Of a stretch of 60,000 bases of DNA, positions 1 through 13,337 are shown in pieces. The notes under the pieces were generated by a model, which did no database searches, was not told where the DNA came from, and saw nothing but the letters and a program-made list of their open reading frames with translations. The first letter of the stretch is position 1; each line of letters starts with the position of its first letter. The position numbers were made by a program, and so were the translations under genes. This DNA comes from Amphiscolops sp. MND2022 (Eukaryota): the NCBI GenBank assembly GCA_964187785.1, contig OZ076409.1, positions 80,974,001 to 81,034,000 of the forward strand. The letters run 5' to 3'.

Positions 1-187
1 TTTTGTTATTGAAAATTTAGTCAGCAAGGAAGGGAGAAACCCCGGGAAACTGAAACGAAACCTCCCGCAAGTCGACAAAAGGGGAAACCGCCATTGTTTC
101 AGTTTCACTTTTGAAAATCAGCAGCTTCTCAAAACTCAAGATTTAAAACCTTTCAGTCAATTGTCCAAGATAGCTAAAAATTTGATC

Positions 188-1027
188 ATGGATAAATTTT
201 TGTCAAGTCACTTCGACTGTGAGTCTCCTCAATATTACCCCGAGGACTTTCAGGGGGCAGCGCCCGGAGACGGAATAATATACATATCATCGGACGACGA
301 CATGGAATGTGTCAGCAGCGCATCTGTTGACGACCTAGAAAGCCTGTCTGACGACGATGAGATGGCCCTCCTGGCTCAATATGTGGAGAGACAGATGGAG
401 CTTCCATCGACATCAGAAGCAATTCCCATCCCTTCCTCTGCCAATAAGCAGGAAGTGACACGCGCAGCTACTCCCAGACTAGCGTACGTCCCTGGGCCTA
501 TGTTCGATGCTGGCTATTTTGACTTGGGAATGGGCAGAGGGCCGATTGCGAGAGACCCGCGACTAAGGAATGACCACCCAATCAATTTGTGTAGCCAGGT
601 AATCCCTATGGTCGACACGCCTATGTCTCCCCCAGCCGTCGACAAATATCCGTCAGGCGACTGGAGAATAGCAGCGGAAGCCACTACTAGTAGCAAACAA
701 GAACATGCCAACGGAATACACTTCAGGGGACCAAGTGGCGCAGATAACCCCTACATCTCAGGATGTACAGACTGCCTCGTCTGCGGAAAATCAGTCGAAC
801 AGTTTCAAGACGAGGCAGTCATCGACTACCTTCATAAAACAACCATCCAAGGAGAATCGGCCCTTCAATTCAACGCAAGAAGGCGAGCCTTCCTAGAAGG
901 AATGAAGGTGGGATGTTTTATGCTCATTCCAGGGGGAGTGTCCCAGGCGTCCGCCTGTGATGGAAATCTCTATTCAATTAGTCACAACTACAAGAAGGCG
1001 CAGCCCAACACCCTCCCACTGAATTAA
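188..1027 (+). CDS. Accessory 3' ORF of element A (acidic N-terminus, CxxCxxC motif GCTDCLVC), overlapping PPT and U3
   Basis: Open frame 161-1027, first ATG at 188. C-terminal PGGVSQASACD motif recurs as PGGVSQAATCD and PRGVSQAAVCD at the two PPT junctions of element B. Confidence 0.7.
   Translation: MDKFLSSHFDCESPQYYPEDFQGAAPGDGIIYISSDDDMECVSSASVDDLESLSDDDEMALLAQYVERQMELPSTSEAIPIPSSANKQEVTRAATPRLAYVPGPMFDAGYFDLGMGRGPIARDPRLRNDHPINLCSQVIPMVDTPMSPPAVDKYPSGDWRIAAEATTSSKQEHANGIHFRGPSGADNPYISGCTDCLVCGKSVEQFQDEAVIDYLHKTTIQGESALQFNARRRAFLEGMKVGCFMLIPGGVSQASACDGNLYSISHNYKKAQPNTLPLN
931..938 (+). other. Polypurine tract of element A
   Basis: AGGGGGAG immediately before TG; identical to the PPT of element B. 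Confidence 0.75.
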
Positions 1028-2467
1028 GTCTTACAAGCAAAACTATATTTGTTGCCTTAAAAGTCATGTAAAATCTTATATTTTATTTTATACGATTTAT
1101 ACTAAGTAATCACAAGTAAAATTATAGTACAGGCGCTAATAATATGTATGTGAGTTAATTGGACACCAAGGCGTACAGGTAAAGGAAACGCGTTCAAATG
1201 TTTCCTCGCCTGTCGCCTTGGTCCGCGAGTCCGATTAACTCGTCAGCCAATCACAGGGCAGTATAATTTATCTTTATTTGCTGCTATACTATATCGGTAG
1301 ATTAAAGGACTGGATGGCTATATGCCGCCAGTCAACAAAGCGGTAGTCCGCTCTAGTACATTGGACACTGAGTCCACTTTTGAATTAAAAGCGCTGTATA
1401 ATTATTGGTACTGACTACATGATCACTAGTGTTTTGATTATTTATGAAATGTACTATTAGCACCTAAGGGACTCATGAACGATATTAGATATGCATTGTG
1501 GGTGCAATTCATATAATTCATGCAATAAGCGTTGCGTTGAAAAACATGTACAGTGTTCTATTTTATATTGTTGCTTGTCCTTATGGACTCACAGGTTTCC
1601 CGCCTACTCTAGCGGTCGGAAGGCCCTTTGATGTGTATAACGTCACGATGATGCTAGTTACTATTTATAGCGTTTGGCTATATTTAGAAAGTCCTTATGG
1701 CTATTTTTAGAATATGATCATCATTTTATTGAGTGTCATGTAGATTCAAATATATATAACCGGGACTGGTGGTCCCGGGGACAGAATTATCCTGATGATA
1801 CTTTGATACGTTACTGTTGCGTTACTGTTGCGAATTGTTTATTAAAACTACCCGTTCATTTTCACTTTGCAAGCCCGAGATATTAATTTAAATTCTTGCC
1901 TCTTGCAATAATCTCTTATGCCTTCTACTAGACGTCAAAAGGCCAAAGCTAGGAGATCTAGAGAAATGGACATGCTGTCCGACTACGATAACCTAGAGGT
2001 GATGTTGGGAAATGAAAATAATAATCCCATTGAAAGAGAACTAGCCGAAGCGATAGATCAGTCGTCGGCCCACGGGGACGCTGATACAAACGTGTACCAT
2101 GAAAATGAGTTTAGAGATTACTTACATGAAAATGAACCTTTGAGGCAAAATGAAGTCAGGCAATCCTTTGAGGCCTTTTCAAGTGAGTTTAATCTTAGAT
2201 TGTCTCAAGAAATGGAATCTATGGTGTCAATAATGCATAGCCAAATAAATAGGGCTATAACAACAGCTATAGCTGAAAGAGTTATTCCAGAAATCCAGAA
2301 TATTGCGAACTCGATGTCTTCTATGGGACACAGGGACACTGAGGCCAGTTCGTCCCCAAATAGTCAGGAGAACAGGGAAAGCGCACCCGGGCCTAAAATA
2401 AAAATTGCAAAGAAAGATTCGAGATCTGTAGGTGACTTAAGAGATACCATTGGTCATGGTTCTTACA
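939..2467 (+). repeat. 3' LTR of element A (~1.53 kb, TG...CA)
   Basis: Boundaries inferred by analogy with B, C and D, where the LTR ends in CA just before TGGTGACAGG; the partner LTR is not in the window. Confidence 0.7.
1918..2467 (+). other. LTR-encoded Gag N-terminal segment (MPSTRRQKAK...), truncated because this is a 3' LTR
   Basis: Homologous to the element B Gag N-terminus (MPSTRKQR...DLMS...NLDVMLG); ORF runs off into flank after 2467. Confidence 0.7.
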
Positions 2468-4191
2468 CTACCTTCTGCAATTTCTACACGCACCGGCTGA
2501 TTGTATGGTAAAGAAATCTCTTGAATAAGATTATCAGACGATATTGCATAGCATTCGGCGCCTTTCCACGGAAAATTGACGTCATGTCTCCGAAATCCAG
2601 AAAATGGGACCAAAAAAATTGAGTGCAGATTTTTCGTTTTTCCAGTTTTCGTTTGTGGCCCTTTTATTCCACTGGTATCAACATTAGGTCAAAGCGGCCC
2701 CAGCATGTTTTGAAACATGTTGAAAAGCAACCAGATACGCGACGCGTGCAAACTTTTGGCGCAAAGACCGGAGCCAGTGCGTCGAAGCTAGCGGAGGTTT
2801 TCGCGCAAAAAACTCTGTGCGGAAGGGGCCCGCGCCAGCGGGCCTCCAGGCCAGCTGTGTAAAAATTGATTCGAAAGCCTTGATGCTCCTCTTTCGAACG
2901 CTCTATAAATCGTTTGTCGGACTCGAATAGTTTAGGAGATATTGCGGTTTAAAGTTTAAGCACCCGATTTTTGTGTGAATCCAGAATTTTCATGGTCAAC
3001 TTAAGGTTAACTAATTTACTCTTCCCTCGTCTTCTGCGTCGGTACAGCGAACAGTTTCGTATTTCAATGAGCGAAGTGAGTGAAAATATGAATGAAACTC
3101 CCATAAAACACCTTTTGTTTCTTTATGTCAATGCAAAATTTATAAATATATGTTAAATATGTGTATAAATATATAAATAAATGTGTTAATTGATAATTTT
3201 TGCGTGAAAAAGCGTGTTTTTCATACATTTTCCGCAATTTTTCCGTGTAATTTGTTTGAATCTAACGTGAAATTTTCCGTGATTTTTCAGTTGTCATGTC
3301 CGTGTAATATTACCGCCCCTGCTACTAAGCTTGACATGAAAATTGCCCAAGACATGAGCTTATTTAGGACTCTGAGAAAATTACGTATGGACCTCTTTTT
3401 CTTCGCAACTGGCAGAAAAGTGACAGTTAAGTATTTTTTTCTAAATCTCAGTAGCATTTCATTCCATGAGTTCACAGCATTGAAGTTCTATATCCCTAAT
3501 TGTTTTGTCATTGATCACACTCCAAGGCTATTTCACGTTGATTTGACCAGTATAATCAGCGTGAAGTAACAATGGTGTCTGATAAGTAGGTCATACTGCG
3601 AATGAATCTTTTGCTATCACTCTATAACGTTGGTTTTTAACCCTGGAAGTTAAATACAGTCGGGTACCAAAGTTTACACACTTTTGCATTTTGAAAATTT
3701 CTGAAAAAAATTTTGTATCACGTTATGGTTCGGTGTTTGTTTCCGCGCATTTCTCAATCCAGGCGCTACACCAATGGTACCCTATTTCAAAAAATATAAA
3801 TTTTTCGAACTTTTACATGCCATAGTTCAGTAAAAATCTGGAGAATTTTCAAGATTTTTTTGACAGGTCCCAACATCAACGTAATTCAGATACCCCTAAC
3901 GTCTTGTTTCACTAATGCCGGAACACTACAGAAACTTCATTAAAAATTGATTTTGACATCTATGCCCTATATGCTATGTGGGTCCTACAGTGTTCCGGAC
4001 GAGTACCATCTGTTATTGAACTGTAGGAGTGAAAGCGCGAAACCACAACAGCTTTTGCCTAATTATTATTTTCCGACCCCACATTTTAAAAATGGGGGAG
4101 GAAAATCATGATCTTTCACGCGTTTTTTTTTCAAATTTTGCCAAATCTCCACAATCTCCACCTTTTGATTACTTGACTATTATATATAGCT

Positions 4192-4340
4192 ACTAGTAAC
4201 TAAAATAGTCAAGTAACTAAAATAGCATACAGCGGGAATAATATTTAAAGTCAAAAAAGGGAATAAGATATAAAGGGAATAAATAAGATCTAAAATTTCA
4301 AGGCGGGAATAAGATCTAAAAGGAATGAGATCTAAAATCA
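4192..4340. repeat. Short tandem repeats (AGTAACTAAAATAGTCA x2; GGGAATAAGATCTAAA-like x4-5)
   Basis: Directly visible; the AATAGTCAAGTAACT unit recurs at 22884-22915. Confidence 0.6.
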
Positions 4341-5211
4341 CTGAATTTTTGTCCGGAAAGAGGTCTTATAGTGCCCAAAAATGATCTCTAGGCTCGCCAA
4401 ACGCTTCTTTATGCAGAAAACATTCATGTAAGTGAATTGGTACACTCTGACCAAATGAAAGTTTTTTCGAAGAAAAGTTGCACTGTGCCAAAGTAACGTA
4501 GGTCGTTTCTACAATTATTTCAAAAACGAACTCTGCTCAGTTCAACAGGACCAAAAAATAATGAAGACGATCACCCTCTTAAGACACGGAAAAAGTTTTT
4601 TTAGAGAAAATTTCAAGAAATCAAAACTTTTGTGGAAAAATTTTTCGGAGTGTTAATCAAATGTTTCTTTTTAATTCTTGGTAAAATGGTAAGTCGCATA
4701 GACTAACTAAATTGCTACAGACACATTTCTGTGCCTGTAGGCCCTCCAATTCCGCAGACATGTCCTAAAGTGTGTAAAATTGGCAATTTAGCACTGATTT
4801 TGGGGAAGCCACGCCACGAAAATCGGCGTTTTTCGGAATCCGAGGGCATGGGTTAATACGTTAGCCGGTTTCATTTTGCAGAATCCGGCACCAAGAACAT
4901 GCCGCCAAGAAACGTCACGTCCAAAACGTCAAGTTCAATACATGACAAAGTTTCACATTTTCAAATACCAGAACTGAGAAATAACTTGTTCCGGGTGCAA
5001 AAAGGGAATATTCATGTTGTACCAATATGCTAGGGCTCGAAAAAAGCTTTCCAATGATCCAAAACTAATGATTTATTCTCGTTTGAACTCTTTAAATTTT
5101 AACGTGTGCTCATAGTTTGCCGGGTTAAATTTCTGGAAACTTTCCAAGACGTTCGAATTTCAAGTTACGACTTACTCGGAATAAAAATTAGAATGCTTCC
5201 TATAGAACGAA

Positions 5212-5305
5212 AAAACTTTGCATAGAACTTTTCTGCAGTAAAATGACCTCTTTTGAGATTTTGATTTCGTCGATATCGTTTATTTACATTCCATGACAGG
5301 CGAGC
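5212..5305. repeat. Dispersed repeat; inverted copy at ~24381-24472
   Basis: TGCATAGAACTTTTCT.CAG.AAAATGACCTC...GATATCGTTTATTTACATT matches the reverse complement of 24381-24472. Confidence 0.65.
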
Positions 5306-6254
5306 GGTTTTCCCTGCTCCTCAAAAAGCTGCAAGAGGGAACCTAAATGTTGCAAAATTCGGTGTATGGCGATTGATATAAGGGTAGGAATGATGATATT
5401 TTCAGCGTTTAATACTTTCTTAACAGCCTTGCAACACACTCTTGAGAAATCTTTCATGCTTGAAAGTTTCCTGCGGCAGTTTTAATCATTCAGGTTTTTT
5501 GCCGTCTTTAAAGAACATGGTAAGGAAGAGGATTGCAATGAGCCAGAAAAAATTACAAAAAATCTCACATGGGTTTCGTTTTGACAACTAAAGCTCGAGA
5601 AATTGCTGCTTCTTGTAAACACAATGAAAACCATTCCCACTTTGACAGGTCTAAAATTTTCATCAGACAACGAAACGCCTCGAAGAAAAATTTTTCCTGA
5701 GACAACAACGCAACGCCACACAAGTGAAATAAAAAGTGTACGTCAAAATTGTATTTCTCGAATTTTTGAGGCATAAACTTTGGTTTAAATTTTTAGTTGA
5801 AGTCTTCCGAATGACTTCTACGAAAGGCAATCTTCAAAGTTAACTGCTTCCAGTTAAAAGCTTGAAATTAAATTTAACGCAATGCCACCGATGTACAGAA
5901 ACCTTGAGGAAGTCCTACATCCCTTGCGCAGTGGTATAATCATGACAAAAAGCAATGCATTTGGCGGAAAAAAACATGAATAAAAAGAGCAACAGCAAGC
6001 AGCCAAACCTTTATGACCTGGAGAAAGTCTCTCTTTTAGACCATAGTTTCAAGCCGACCATGGCTCGATCATCTGGCTGCAAATACAGTATCCGAGAGGT
6101 TGCCTTTTCAGAAAAGGAGATTTGCATGTTTGGCGTGTCCCAACGGAATCGAGTAATTAAACTGTCTTTTTCGAATACTAGAAGCATTCAATGGGTGCGT
6201 GGCTTTTGATGGAGTTGAATTGGGAATTTTTATCTCATTTTTAGTCGGCGCATT

Positions 6255-7817
6255 TGTCGTGACTCTTGGTCAATATGTCATGATCTTCGTCACTTGATTG
6301 GGAAACATCAGAGTTTCCACTAAAGTAGTCTCGTCGACTACTATTAGCCAAAATAGGCTTTGAGTTCATTTTCAATGCATTTCTAGCATTTTTCTCTCCG
6401 GCGGTCCTGTTTAGTCTACCGGACCTCTGGTCCATTTCTTCCCGAAACACAGAATTTTGATTAGTCATGGTATTTTGGATATTTGGAAGGTTTCTCTCAT
6501 TGATTAGTGAATTTATAGTCTCAGCTATTTGGGAATTTAAGTCCCTTTTCAATTCCTCCATTTTCCTGGAAACTTCTGAATTTACTAGCCTCACGGTCTC
6601 AATAGTAGATTCACTGTTTTCCCTACTATTTGAATTTGAAAGCGATCTGAAATCCTCGCTATTTTGGACTACGTCCTGTCTAGTCCTGTCAGACCCAAGG
6701 TCCACTTCATCATTTCTATCGTCGGAATTAACTTCTAATTGATTTCTTGAGTACGAACCCAACATTACGTCTAGATTCTCTACACCAGACATCAAGTCCA
6801 CTCGCCTTCAGCTCCTTCCTTTCGCTCTTTGTTTTCTAGTGGAAGGCATAAGAGATTATTGCAAGAGGTAAGAATTTAAATTAATTTTCTTAAGCTTGCA
6901 AACACAGTTTATTTGAACGGATTTATCAAACAGTTTATAACAGCGTCAGAACAATTGTGTTCCCCGGGACTACGAGTCCCGGTTATTTATATGCAACACT
7001 GCATGACACTCAATATTTTAACAGTCATGAACTGAAAATAGCCTTAAGGGCTTTCTAAATATAGCCAATGCTATAAATAGTAACAAGCATCATCATGACG
7101 CTATATACATCAAAGGGCCTTTCCGACAGTTAACATGGCGGGAAGCCCGTGAGTCCATACGGACAATAAACGATTTACATCTATAAAACTAAACAGGATA
7201 CATGTATTTCAACACTCGTTAGGATTGCATGAATTATATGAAGATGCACTGATAGCACGTTGTCTGTCGTAGTTCATAAGTCCTTTGAGGACTAATAATG
7301 CATCATATGGGAAATTAAAGCACCAACAATTATGCAATTGATAATATTCACCAGCTAGCGCTTTTAATTTAGTTACGGACTCAGCGTCCCATAGACATGA
7401 ACGGACAAGCGCTTTATTGACAAGCGACATATGGCCGTCTAATCCTTTGATTAAATAACTCAGTACAGCAACAAATGAAAGTAATACTGCGCTCTGATTG
7501 GTTAATATTTAACCGGACTAGCTGTCCACTAGCCATAAGTGAGAGATTTATTTAGGTGGACAGCCGTGAATGGCCTTTAAATGAAAGTTAACAGCACTTA
7601 AAATGCAAATTAGGACTCAATGTCCGACTGCCGCAAACGTACTGGTTTATTAGTTGACAATCGTGAACGGCCATCACGTCCATTAATTAAAAGCACTAAA
7701 TCAGAGCACTCATACTAATACTGCAATATGATTGGTCTAAATTAAACCGGACTGGCTGTCCAAGACGACACAAAGGGACATAAAATAAAATAAGATCACA
7801 GGTGGCAGCCTGCGACA
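6255..7817 (-). repeat. 3' LTR of element B (1563 bp)
   Basis: Direct repeat of 14455-16018, about 10 differences seen by eye. Confidence 0.95.
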
Positions 7818-7975
7818 CTCCCCCTGGCATAAGGAGAAACGTCCCTGCTGACCCCACACTGAAACGGTCCATGTGGTTGTCTTCATCGCTTGATAGATTA
7901 CTGTGCCGTCCAACTTTGGTTATTAGGACAATAGGTCTCTTGAATGATGTCCGAAACACATTGCAATCATTTTAT
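7696..7975 (-). pseudogene. Degenerate remnant of the PPT/U3-spanning accessory ORF of element B
   Basis: AGTFLLMPGGVSQAATCD aligns to VGCFMLIPGGVSQASACD of ORF 188-1027. Confidence 0.65.
7818..7825 (-). other. PPT of element B
   Basis: AGGGGGAG on the minus strand directly before the LTR TGTCGCAGG. Confidence 0.85.
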
Positions 7976-9233
7976 ATGCTGTAACGAGAACATTTTACAT
8001 GTATAGAAGCAACAAACTATATGGCCTTCATGTCCACAACATTTTGCAACACTCATAATACATGTGACATGGTTACATAATAATCTTCGTTAGTGGATAA
8101 AATATCGGGTGGGGACTATTTTACTAACATCAAGGATTCGTGGACTGTCCTTGGTCAGGGGACACCAAGGACTGGTGTCAAAGCATCGATAAGTATTGAT
8201 TAAAATACATTTCAACTGCTTCATATTAGCGCAAGATTGTCAAGTTAATAGAATTGCTTTAAATAAAGGAAAGCCACAATGGCTGTCTGTCGTATTAGTA
8301 CGTCTCTAAATACTGCATGGCCAGCGTGGTTTTTAATTCTGTTTACTGCGTACAATTAATAAGAGCACTGAATGGCGGCATGTGATGGGATGATTTGAAA
8401 TAAGGCCCTGTGGTCCGCTACGACAGGCTGACTACAGCGCGTGACCGTACTCGTACATTTACTTTAATTGAGCACGTACACGTATTTAATCACAGCACTA
8501 ATAATATAAAAATGTAAGCGCTTCTGATTGGTCAGTCTAAATTTGGACCTGTGGTCCACCGCGCCAAGCCAAAAGACATTTGAGCAATAATAGTACAGCG
8601 CTGGAACAGTAGCATCAAAGTTTTGTAATAATAAGGCCTTGTCGTTTAAGCGCCCTCTACTGCCAAGCTGTCTACGGCGCATGGCCGTACTCGGTCATTG
8701 AATTACAGCAATAGTAAATGAATGAAATACTACATAATACTAGCATTCAAAAATACAAGTGAACAGCACCAACTTTTGAATGACGATTAAGGCCGTAGCC
8801 GGCTGTCTGCCGTATCCGGCCTTTTATTTGAAGGCAACAAATAATAAGCACAATAATAGCACAAGTGAATGAATAATAAGCGCTGATTGGATAATAAAGT
8901 AAAAGGACCACACGTCGATTTGACTAGTTGAGGCGTCCATTGGAACGCGTTTCCTTTCAACGTTCCAGTTACTTTTATACTGCAAATTGATATTTCAAGC
9001 TTCTAGCTTTCTGGTTTACCTGTGAAATAGATACCAATCATAATAAATTAATGAATGAACTATAATTGTACAATATTTTGCATGTTAAGCACAGGAAAAC
9101 AATTTTAACTATAAGTCGCACTTAGGCGAATGGACCGACGGTCCGTAAAATTTTAAAATTGTATAAATAGACAGTTTATAAAGACTAGATGTTTATAAAA
9201 GTTGTTCAAACGTGGACTGGCGGTCCACGTGGT

Positions 9234-9530
9234 CTATAGAGGCAAAACTCCTCTATCGTTTGCCATCACTTGGTACAAATTCTCATCGCAGACGGCAGCC
9301 TGCGACACTCCCCTGGGTACGAGAAAAATTGAGCCCGCTCGCAACCCAGCCTGAGAAGCATCTATTCTGCGTTGTCTTGTTGTGTAGGATTCTCCTGCCC
9401 GGTCGATTTGTTCACTATTTAGCTCGGAATCAAAGAAACTTCCTTGGCTGCATAGTGTGCTAGCAAAAGATCCGTTGTCTATACAGCCAGATAGGACCAC
9501 AGTCATCAGAGAATTGTAGAGACGTTTCAA
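9234..9530 (-). pseudogene. Second, internal remnant of the accessory ORF with its own PPT (AGGGGAG) and LTR-like start TGTCGCAGGC at 9307
   Basis: SGCID...RRIDASQAGLRAGSIFLVPRGVSQAAVCDENLY aligns to SGCTD...RRRAFLEGMKVGCFMLIPGGVSQASACDGNLY of element A. Confidence 0.7.
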
Positions 9531-10241
9531 CTTTATGTATATTCAGAAAGAATTTCTTTGCAAATGTCGAAATTTAAGTGAGTCGACTGATCGGTCGGAT
9601 GAAATTGAGATGAACGAAATCAAGATGTTATGATGAATAAATACACTGTGTACTTCAAAGACCAGCGGTCTACGCATCTAGCTTCGACTAACTAGCCAGT
9701 CAAATTCTGCCATTAAATAAATGAATTTTCTGAATGAAATATCAAAATAGCGAAGATCGATGAAATATAGAAATTGTAATGATGGTAATTTTAATAAGAA
9801 AACAAAATGATAAAATGATGGTAAGAAGGAATAGTGGTCCAGTGTACATCACTGGCAGGTTCCGAAACACCGAAAATCATGCTGAAAGTTTAGTTGAAAT
9901 AAATAGTAACTTCGGTAGTAATGAAATAGTTTGCATGTAGCCACGACGTCCTTTAATGAAAGTCATATTAAAGAATGCAATAACTAGATAATTAACCTCC
10001 TCAATAGTCGAATTTGGTAGTAACAAGTAAGTATAGGAAAATGGGACTTGCAGTCGAATTGTCGTAGAGCACCTTAAACCAATTTGATAACTAACACAGT
10101 CAACAGTATAGCACTCAAATTCTTTATCTTCCTTGTTACATTTTGTATTCGAATCTTTGATTATCATTCTCCAGGGTCAGTTTAGCCGATTAGACCACAA
10201 CAGGTTAATTTTGTGACAGTTTTGTCTCATCAGCAGCATCC

Positions 10242-10513
10242 TCACGCAGTTTTGCATTTCTTGGACTTCAAGTCTATCAGACCCTGCTTGACCTGAGTCA
10301 GTATTTGTCCCTTAGCTGTTTCCCGATCACCAATTCCAACATAATAGTAATCTTTCCAAATCATGGACGTCAGCCTTCCAGTCCAACAGTTGAAGTTCGA
10401 CAGACAAATTCTGCTTGCCAATTTAGACAAACATCAGGTTGGTTCTTTAAAATATTTTGTCAATTTTGAGCTTGATCAGGGCTTCCCATTGACTAAGTTT
10501 TCACTTCCTCCAT
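10242..10513 (-). pseudogene. Remnant of a further small accessory ORF between pol and the 3' end (QWEALIKLKID...)
   Basis: Nucleotide and peptide similarity to 19934-20000 of element D (QWEALIKLEID). Confidence 0.45.
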
Positions 10514-11048
10514 CGTAAAATATTCACCCATAGGTATGAACAGATAATGAATTTGCTTTCGAAAGGCTTTCAAACGCGATAAGATGGATTTTTATAGCGG
10601 AAGTAGATCGCATGAATTTATTTCTTTCCGTTTAGGCAAAGAAATGAGTGGCCAACCGAATCCAAAATCAACTGAGGTAATAGAGATGAGTCCCAATAAA
10701 TTGAGTCAATCCCCGAACCAGAGGTCGCTGGACGCCCAGTAGACACGAGGTCCTTAGTTGAGCTGTCATCAACGAGCAACACTGAAAGTTGTGGGGCATA
10801 CTTCACAAGAAAGATGGAGTCATTAGGAGCTGAAGAACGGATCCCAGCCGTAATTGAGGGACAAATCCCAGAACAGGATAAAGCTAAATCATTATTTGCA
10901 GTTGCCATTTGTGGCCTTTATATTGTACGCCACTAAGTTGCTTTGTCGACGGGTATTTATTTCAAAAGAAGTCAGAATAGTCCCAAGTAAAAATACATGT
11001 CCTTGAAGACAGATAGCAAGAAAAGGACTTCGCAATTTAATATTCTGA

Positions 11049-11535
11049 CTAGTATCTGTATTCTTCAGAGTAGTTGGGGGTGGGGTTAGGGCGAAGGTTG
11101 TTTCTTCTTCCCCTAGGGCTTTCATTTTCTACAAACACTCCGTCTTCTTCACTTTGTAATACTTCGGGCACGACAGTATCTCTCCCCCCTGAGGATGTTT
11201 TAACATCAGGAGTTGATTCATTGTCACTTTCGTGCATTATTTGATCAGGAAGACTTTCTGCAGTCACGTCGCGTCTGGTGGACCGTAGGTCCACATCGGT
11301 CAGAATTTTATCTGGTTGCTCAGCAATGTCAGCAGCGTCGCTCGTAGTCTCTGCTCGTTCAGTCGGTAGCTCGTAGGTCGCATTACGTCGAACAGACTCA
11401 AAGTCTCCAAAGTTCGTTTCCCACGTAATTACGTATAAATCGTCTTGAGGAATGTCAATTTCGTCATCAGGCTGCAAATTCCTTCCGGCCGAGCGTCCTT
11501 TAGTGGAACATTTGGCATGTATTTCCGTAGTCGAG
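11049..11535 (-). pseudogene. Pol C-terminal tail (post-integrase) of element B
   Basis: RLRKY...DEIDIPQDDLYVITWE...SPRGRRNNLRPNP matches the element C tail RIRLRPF...EVPIQHDDLFAMAWQ...SPRKSHYNLRRNP. Confidence 0.8.
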
Positions 11536-13337
11536 AAGTGTTGTGATTATCCCGTAGCAATGGAGAAACGCCAATTCGACAAGAATATCCTCCTTGAGGT
11601 TGATTGTCGTTGGTAGACTTTGGCTATAGATAGGGGAATCGTCTTTTGGAGTCTATTTAACCTTAAATTCCTCATTCATTCCTATGTCGAATCGATGTCG
11701 AGGACAAATATTGTAAAGCTCGACTAAAAGGTCTTCTATACGTGCACCCTCGTCCTGTTGGAGCATGCATTCTGAACTGTCGAAGTTGGTCAAGAATTTC
11801 CGCCTGGACTCGGGGTCGTCCTGGAGGTTGAGTTCTTGAAGGTTCTGTAACTAGTTCAGAATGTGTTTCTGAATAACTAACTTGTTTCTGAATGGGCGCA
11901 TGTTGCTGAGGGCCCCCGGGGTCTTCCGGAGTAGGAACGAATAGCCCTCCTTAAAATCCTCAGGCTTTGTAGATTTGATAAACTGCTGGCATAGAAATCA
12001 GCATTTTCAGGATAGTCCTGTAGAGGGTGCCATGTGATCACCGGGTCTATAGGTTTGACGAATTTCATTTGTTTCGGCGTGAGAACAGAAAGTTGCGAAC
12101 CCCGTCTTAGGGTATAAGGATGATCCGTGAAATTGTTCACATGGATCATGGTTCGACCTTGGGTCAATCTGACCAAGGCAGCACAAAGTGCAACATCATC
12201 ATCCTCAGCGATGGTAGAGCTCGGCTGAAGTATGGCTGTGACCGTAGTGTCTGCATACATTTGGAAATTTATGGAGATCAATTGCCTGCCATTTGGGGGA
12301 ATTGTGATGTCCTCCTTTGTACTGATAGGCTCCATGACTTTCGTATACTTGTGATACGCTGTCTTTAATTGCATCGAGAAAAAGGGGAAATTTAAGAGTC
12401 CTTGTCTCATATCCAAAATGGTATCGTTCCGCTGAAGGTACGAAAAACCAATTAACGGACTTGTGGGTTTTTCCATAACTATGAAAATCTCGTGAAAATC
12501 TATATCGCTGACTTCAAATTTCAGTTCGACAGTGCTCTTTGGAGTTTCCAACTGCCCATTCACTACCATTAATTGGAAATTGGGTGCTGGGCCCTCTTTG
12601 TCAATTGACTGAGGGGCTAACAATCGGATTTTACATAGATCAGCTTCTGGGATCGCGCTAGATAGGGCTCCCGTGTCTACAAGGCCATTTAATGTAAGTT
12701 CGCCAAAATCCATGAAAAAATAGAGCATTCGTCGTTTATATTTGAGTCCAAGGTTGGTTGTCAGCGGTACATAATCTGGCTCGTCATTTCTGTTGACCAG
12801 GTTGTTCAGAATTCGTGCTTCGACGGCCGTGGTCAAAGAGACTTGCGGTCCAGTATGGTAGAATTCGTCTGCTGACTCATCGTGTGCCGGTGACACGTAA
12901 GAATTAGTTCTTGTTTTTAACGGGTCAACTAGAGCTTTAGTCAGAGCATGGTTTAATGTCCTGTAAGTTACGCGACAGCCAGGTTCGATTTCGGTGTCTT
13001 GTTTGTTGAAATCTTCATGGAATTGTAACTCATGCTGATTGTAGATTTGAAAGTCCCAATAGGGGTCAACACCGTAGTCAGGGTCCATATAGTAGGGGTT
13101 ATAATCGGGTATTGCTGGTAGAGGACGGATATAGTCCGTAGTCAAGTCACGTCCGTCGGACCAGTTGTCCAACGTGCGAAAATGAGTAGGGGTGGTGCTC
13201 ATTGGCTGCTGCCAGTCACCTGATGAGTCTCCCTTAAGTGAAGAATAATATTCGAAACAAAATACAGTAGAAGGGTCAGAAATTATATACTGTCTGACAC
13301 GTAGTTCTTCATTAAATTGGAGTCGTGGTAAAATTAG
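11536..13337 (-). pseudogene. pol: Pol N-terminal part of element B: aspartic protease and start of RT, with stops/frameshift
   Basis: LVDTGA protease motif in ORF 11877-13202; downstream RHRFDIGMNEEFKVK*TPKDD...GIITTL matches element C pre-RT region; in the -1 frame relative to gag. Confidence 0.85.

Larger units (their letters stand above)
1..2467 (+). mobile_element. Element A: 3' portion of a Gypsy-like LTR retrotransposon (accessory ORF, PPT, 3' LTR); upstream part lies outside the window
   Basis: PPT AGGGGGAG (931-938) followed by TGTCCCAGGC. LTR sequence is similar to element B LTRs (e.g. shared AATTCTT.CCTCTTGCAATAATCTCTTATGCCTTC). LTR-encoded Gag N-terminus ends at ...TACA 2467. Confidence 0.8.
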
